64,000 nucleotides of DNA from an uncultured Candidatus Saccharibacteria bacterium (GTDB lineage: Bacteria > Patescibacteriota > Saccharimonadia > Saccharimonadales > CAZVRA01): the NCBI GenBank assembly GCA_964630055.1, contig CAZVRA010000001.1, positions 174,483 through 238,482 on the forward strand. Direction: 5' to 3'. Each line of letters opens with the position of its first letter. Position 1 is the stretch's first letter. Position numbers and translations under genes: made by a program. The notes beneath the pieces are model-generated. The model saw only the letters and a program-made list of their open reading frames with translations, was not told where the DNA came from and did not search any database. Positions 59,717 to 64,000 of this stretch are shown one piece after another.

Positions 59717-62700
59717 ATGGATATCAAAAAAAGTGGGGCCGATAAAGGCACCGATAACTACGGTTTAGAAAGTCTACAGGTCACGCCCAATCAGTCAGGG
59801 CGCTCTTTTACTTCTACTCCAGATAGCGAAGCCTTTATACCTAGGCGACCGCCGGTTTGGAAAAATCGGCTATTTTTGGGCGCGCTGTTGCTGCTGATAG
59901 TTTTATTTTTTTTGCTTGGCTTGTGGCTATTTGGTCGCCGTATCAAGCAGGGTGGCACTCAGTCGGGCGATATACTAGGCACATATAAGCAAACTTCTGC
60001 ACCTGTTTTGGGCGATACCGCTAACAAACCAGCCCAATCTTTGCTAGACGACAAAGTGTCTATTAACGGCAGTTTGTTACTAAATGGCGATTTAGCGTTA
60101 TCGAACCAGGCGGTTCAAAGCCTGGCTAACCGTCTGCGACCAGTTTTGTTGGGGCCGCCGGCTGGTGGAGCGCAGCAAGTTGGTAGTATTAATTTGTCTG
60201 GACGGATTGTCGCTAACAATTTTCAGGGCAATGGTTCGGCGTTGACTAGCCTAAACGCCAACAATATAAATTCCGGTACGCTTAGCAATGATCGGCTTGA
60301 TCCAAGTGTTACGCGGCTAGGCCAGAACATTCCGGTTGCGGCTATTCAGGGTAACGTACTGGGGTCAATTAATAATATTACGTCTAATTCGGGCGGGAAT
60401 GTCAATGTAGTTGGTGGCTTTGGCATAGATATACTGAACGATTCTGCTACCAAAACCATTACCATTTCTAACTCAAGCACCGGGGGCGATATAACAGCGG
60501 TTATCGCCGGCACGGGCTTAACGGGTGGCGGGACGTCTGGCGACGTGACGCTTAGCATGGATGCTTCCACGGTCACCTTGCAAGGTAACAATTTTAATGG
60601 CGCCAATCAGCTGGTTCAGCTAGATGGTTCGAACAAGCTGCCGGTGGCCGATGGCTCTAATTTAACCAATCTAAATGCTAGCAACATTTCTGCTGGCACC
60701 TTGGCTGATGCTCGGTTGAGCAGCAATGTCGCCAGGTTAAATGCTAGCCAAACCTTTACTGGCAACAATACATATTCTGGAAATACTAAGTACCAAAACA
60801 GCGCTAATTCCACATCAGCCTTCCAAATCCAAAATGCCACTGGCACTAGCAACCTGTTTGTGGCCGACACTACCAACACTCGCATTGGCATTGGCACGGC
60901 TGCACCGGCTTACGCCCTAGATGTGGCGGGCGACATAAATTCCAGTACCGCCCTTAAGGTGGGCGGCAACACTGTTTGTACCTCTAGCGGCTGTGCCGTG
61001 GCGAGCGGATCTAGCTATTATATTCAGAATGGCACAGGCGTGCAGTCTAATGCCAACTTAAATATTCAGTCGGCCGCTGCTGGCAGCACGGTGGCCGTGC
61101 TCCAAGGTGCGGCTGGCCAAACCGCCGACATCTTAGAGGCTAAAAATTCTACGGGTACGGTTATGGCCAGTATCGACGCCGCTGGCAACATCAACACCAC
61201 TGGCCAGTACCGAGTTAATGGCAGCCAAATATCCAGCGCTAATCTTAGTAATAACTCTAATTTGGCTAAACTGAACGGTAACGAAACCTACACCGGCAAC
61301 AACACTTTTACTGGTACTGTAAAACAACAAAACGCTACCAACTCTACCTCGGCATTCCAGATCCAAAACGCTGCTGGTACCGGCACAGCACTAGTAGTTG
61401 ACACCACCAATCTTAGGCTTGGCGTTGGCAACAATACTCCCGCCTATGCCCTAGACGTTACCGGAGATGTTAACGCTAGCACTAGCCTTAAGGTTGGTGG
61501 TACTACTGTTTGTACCTCCACTGGCTGTACTATTAGCAGTGGCTCTGGCTACTATATCCAGAACGGCACTACCAAACAAGCGGCTAACTTTAACATTCAA
61601 AGTGCGGCGGCGAGTAGCGTGGCTGGCGTGCTGCAAGGCGCCACCAGCCAAACCGCCGACCTGCTCCAAGCCAAGAACGCCTCTGGCACGACTCTGGCTA
61701 GTATCGACGCTGCTGGCAACATTAATACCACTGGCCAGTACAAAGTCAACGGTAGTCAAATCGCTTCTAGTAACCTGTCAGATAGTTCTAATCTAGCTAA
61801 ACTGGATGCTAACCAAACCTTCACTGGCAACAATGCTTTCACTGGCACTGTAAAACAACAAAATACTACCAACTCTACATCAGCCTTCCAAATCCAAAAC
61901 GCTGCTGGCACTAGCAACCTCTTCGTGGCTGACACCACCAACACTCGCATTGGTATCGGCACGGCTGCTCCCGCCTACGCTCTGGACGTAACCGGAGACA
62001 TCAACGCTAGCAATAGTCTTAAGGTTGGTGGCACAACTGTTTGTACCTCCACTGGCTGTACTGCTGCTGGTGGTTCTGGCAGCTACATCCAAAACGGCAC
62101 TGCTAGCCAAACGGCTAACTTTAACATTAAATCTGCTGCCGCCGCCAGCACAGTAGCTGTACTGCAAGGTGCCACTAGCCAAACCGCCGACCTGCTTCAA
62201 GCCAAGAACTCTACCGGCACAACCCTAGCTAGCATTGATGCTGCTGGCAACATAAACACCACTGGTCAGTACAAAGTCAACGGCAGCCAAATTAGCTCAT
62301 CTGCCCTAAGCAACGACAGTAACCTAGCCAAGCTAAATGCTAGCCAGACGTTTAGTGGTGTCAATACGTTTAGCGGCGGAATCGTGACCAACAGTTTAAC
62401 GCCAACTGCGGCCTTAACAATTGGCGACAGCAGCCAGTCGTTTACTTTGCAGGGCACAGCGGCCTCTACTTTGACCGCCGCAGCCAGCGGCTTTAGTACT
62501 ACGGTTGGTTTTGCCGGAACCCCCGTAGCCAACTTGCAGTACAACTTTGACATGGCGGCGCCCTCGGGAACATACACTATTTGTACTACTTATGGTAACT
62601 GTGCTGGCACCGGTGGAGGCGTGACCACTACCGGCGGAACGGCCAACAAAGTGGCTAAATTCCAAAATGGCTCCGGTATAACCGACTCCAACATTACAGA

Positions 62701-64000
62701 TACTGGCAGTTTGATCACTCTTGGGTCGCGGTCGTTGGTCCAGCCGTCGGCCAACTCGACAACCGCCTTCCAAATCCAAAACGCTGCTGGCACTAGCAAT
62801 CTGTTTGTGGCTGACACCACCAATAACCGTGTTGGCATTGGCACGGCCAGCCCCGGCTACACGCTGGACGTTAATGGCACGGTCAATGCCAGCACCAACA
62901 TTTATGTTAACGGTACGGCTGTTTGTACGGTAACGGTCTGCGCCTCGTCGGTTGGCTCCGGCAATTATATTCAAAACAGTACGACTACTCAGACGGCCAA
63001 TCTGAGTATTCAGTCAGCCAACAACGCTTATGTTGCAGCTACTTTGCAAGGCGCCACCAGCCAAACCGCCGACCTGCTCCAAGCCAAGAACGCCTCTGGC
63101 ACGACTCTGGCTAGTATCGACGCTGCTGGCAACATTAATACCACTGGCCAGTACAAAGTCAACGGTAGTCAAATCGCTTCTAGTAACCTGTCAGATAGTT
63201 CTAATCTAGCTAAACTGGATGCTAACCAAACCTTCACTGGCAACAATGCTTTCACTGGCACTGTAAAACAACAAAATACTACCAACTCTACATCAGCCTT
63301 CCAAATCCAAAACGCTGCTGGCACTAGCAACCTCTTCGTGGCTGACACCACCAACACTCGCATTGGTATCGGCACGGCTGCTCCCGCCTACGCTCTGGAC
63401 GTAACCGGAGACATCAACGCTAGCAATAGTCTTAAGGTTGGTGGCACAACTGTTTGTACCTCCACTGGCTGTACTGCTGCTGGTGGTTCTGGCAGCTACA
63501 TCCAAAACGGCACTGCTAGCCAAACGGCTAACTTTAACATTAAATCTGCTGCCGCCGCCAGCACAGTAGCTGTACTGCAAGGTGCCACTAGCCAAACCGC
63601 CGACCTGCTTCAAGCCAAGAACTCTACCGGCACAACCCTAGCTAGCATTGATGCTGCTGGCAACATAAACACCACTGGTCAGTACAAAGTCAACGGCAGC
63701 CAAATTAGCTCATCTGCCCTAAGCAACGACAGTAACCTAGCCAAGCTAAATGCTAGCCAGACGTTTAGTGGTGTCAATACGTTTACGGGCACAGTCTTGC
63801 AGCAAAACGCCACCAACTCCACCAGCGCCTTCCAGATCCAGAATGCCACTGGCACTAGCAACCTGTTTGTGGCCGACACCACCAACACCCGAATTGGCAT
63901 TGGCACGGCTGCACCGGCTTACACCTTGGATGTGGCAGGCGATTTAAATGTGTCTAGCGGCTCAACTATCAGGATTGGTGGCACGGCTATTTGTGGCCCA
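59717..64000 (+). CDS. Giant repetitive Asn/Thr/Gly/Ala-rich surface protein, partial (runs off the window); absent from the ORF track because no stop falls within the window
   Basis: ATG at 59717, then an open frame to 64000. N-terminal TM helix (LFLGALLLLIVLFFLLGLWLF). Repeating roughly 140-aa units containing STSAFQIQNAAGTSNLFVADTTNTRIGIGTAAPAYALDV-GDINAS, LKVGGTTVCTSTGC, and VLQGATSQTADLLQAKN-SGTTLASIDAAGNINTTGQYKVNGSQI. Confidence 0.7.
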   Translation, partial: MDIKKSGADKGTDNYGLESLQVTPNQSGRSFTSTPDSEAFIPRRPPVWKNRLFLGALLLLIVLFFLLGLWLFGRRIKQGGTQSGDILGTYKQTSAPVLGDTANKPAQSLLDDKVSINGSLLLNGDLALSNQAVQSLANRLRPVLLGPPAGGAQQVGSINLSGRIVANNFQGNGSALTSLNANNINSGTLSNDRLDPSVTRLGQNIPVAAIQGNVLGSINNITSNSGGNVNVVGGFGIDILNDSATKTITISNSSTGGDITAVIAGTGLTGGGTSGDVTLSMDASTVTLQGNNFNGANQLVQLDGSNKLPVADGSNLTNLNASNISAGTLADARLSSNVARLNASQTFTGNNTYSGNTKYQNSANSTSAFQIQNATGTSNLFVADTTNTRIGIGTAAPAYALDVAGDINSSTALKVGGNTVCTSSGCAVASGSSYYIQNGTGVQSNANLNIQSAAAGSTVAVLQGAAGQTADILEAKNSTGTVMASIDAAGNINTTGQYRVNGSQISSANLSNNSNLAKLNGNETYTGNNTFTGTVKQQNATNSTSAFQIQNAAGTGTALVVDTTNLRLGVGNNTPAYALDVTGDVNASTSLKVGGTTVCTSTGCTISSGSGYYIQNGTTKQAANFNIQSAAASSVAGVLQGATSQTADLLQAKNASGTTLASIDAAGNINTTGQYKVNGSQIASSNLSDSSNLAKLDANQTFTGNNAFTGTVKQQNTTNSTSAFQIQNAAGTSNLFVADTTNTRIGIGTAAPAYALDVTGDINASNSLKVGGTTVCTSTGCTAAGGSGSYIQNGTASQTANFNIKSAAAASTVAVLQGATSQTADLLQAKNSTGTTLASIDAAGNINTTGQYKVNGSQISSSALSNDSNLAKLNASQTFSGVNTFSGGIVTNSLTPTAALTIGDSSQSFTLQGTAASTLTAAASGFSTTVGFAGTPVANLQYNFDMAAPSGTYTICTTYGNCAGTGGGVTTTGGTANKVAKFQNGSGITDSNITDTGSLITLGSRSLVQPSANSTTAFQIQNAAGTSNLFVADTTNNRVGIGTASPGYTLDVNGTVNASTNIYVNGTAVCTVTVCASSVGSGNYIQNSTTTQTANLSIQSANNAYVAATLQGATSQTADLLQAKNASGTTLASIDAAGNINTTGQYKVNGSQIASSNLSDSSNLAKLDANQTFTGNNAFTGTVKQQNTTNSTSAFQIQNAAGTSNLFVADTTNTRIGIGTAAPAYALDVTGDINASNSLKVGGTTVCTSTGCTAAGGSGSYIQNGTASQTANFNIKSAAAASTVAVLQGATSQTADLLQAKNSTGTTLASIDAAGNINTTGQYKVNGSQISSSALSNDSNLAKLNASQTFSGVNTFTGTVLQQNATNSTSAFQIQNATGTSNLFVADTTNTRIGIGTAAPAYTLDVAGDLNVSSGSTIRIGGTAICGP
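61632..62372 (+). repeat. 741-bp direct repeat copy 1 (identical at every position compared by eye to 63045-63785)
   Basis: A base-by-base comparison at several points shows identity from tgcaaggcgccaccagcc to gtgtcaatacgttta. Divergence follows immediately after. The offset is 1413 bp, which keeps the reading frame. Confidence 0.8.
63045..63785 (+). repeat. 741-bp direct repeat copy 2
   Basis: See copy 1. Identical minus-strand shadow ORFs at 61756..61962 / 63169..63375 and 61880..62200 / 63293..63613 confirm the match. Confidence 0.8.

Noticed and set aside
60346-63947. Nine minus-strand ORFs of 65-186 aa in the ORF track
   Set aside because: They are antisense shadows of the giant + strand repeat gene. 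Its identical DNA repeats produce the identical shadow ORFs at 61756/63169 and 61880/63293. The + strand frame is open throughout with a coherent repeat architecture.
1-64000. CRISPR arrays and rRNA genes
   Set aside because: No short regularly spaced direct repeats were seen. No rRNA-like conserved stretches were seen.

Overview
The window is a mosaic of a GC-richer backbone (about 16.2-28.3 kb and 49.8-64 kb) and two AT-richer accessory segments (1-16.2 kb and 28.4-49.7 kb). Composition was judged by eye, not computed.

Backbone content:
- A vWA / MoxR-type AAA ATPase / DUF58 triad.
- Secreted and sortase-type surface proteins.
- An Lnt-like acyltransferase and an adenylate-kinase-like protein.
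- PEP synthase (ppsA).
- A tightly coupled F-type ATP synthase operon, atpF-H-A-G-D-C. A 276-aa membrane protein replaces canonical atpB/atpE at the head of the operon.
- A giant, internally repetitive surface protein that runs off the 3' end and carries an apparently exact 741-bp intragenic direct repeat.

Accessory segment 1 (1-16 kb):
- It opens with a truncated IS1595/ISXO2-like transposase.
- It encodes a kanosamine-like amino-sugar module (Gfo/Idh/MocA oxidoreductase, DegT aminotransferase, histidine phosphatase), two Pol-beta nucleotidyltransferases, a frameshifted PfkB kinase, a 2H phosphoesterase, a Nudix-AdoHcyase-like fusion, two SAM methyltransferases, and an orphan sensor histidine kinase with an internal GC jump.

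Accessory segment 2 (about 28.36-49.7 kb) is a genomic island beside tRNA-Glu(TTC):
- A large serine integrase whose last 13 codons are encoded by the tRNA 3' half.
- A replication-relaxation-like protein, an HTH-Fic protein, a TraD/VirD4-like membrane ATPase, a second large serine recombinase, an XRE regulator, and a structured, hairpin-rich right boundary.

Main candidate: embedded in this island is a four-gene, translationally coupled operon. Its genes are an 862-aa unknown, a NERD-UvrD-like helicase, a large DEAH SF2 helicase with a Zn ribbon, and a DUF1998-like Cys-cluster protein. The operon converges on a C5 cytosine methyltransferase that has a divergent HNH endonuclease partner. I interpret this as a DISARM class-2-like defence system with an atypical NERD-helicase component.

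No rRNA or CRISPR array was seen. All functional calls are from motif recognition by eye. No database searches were run.
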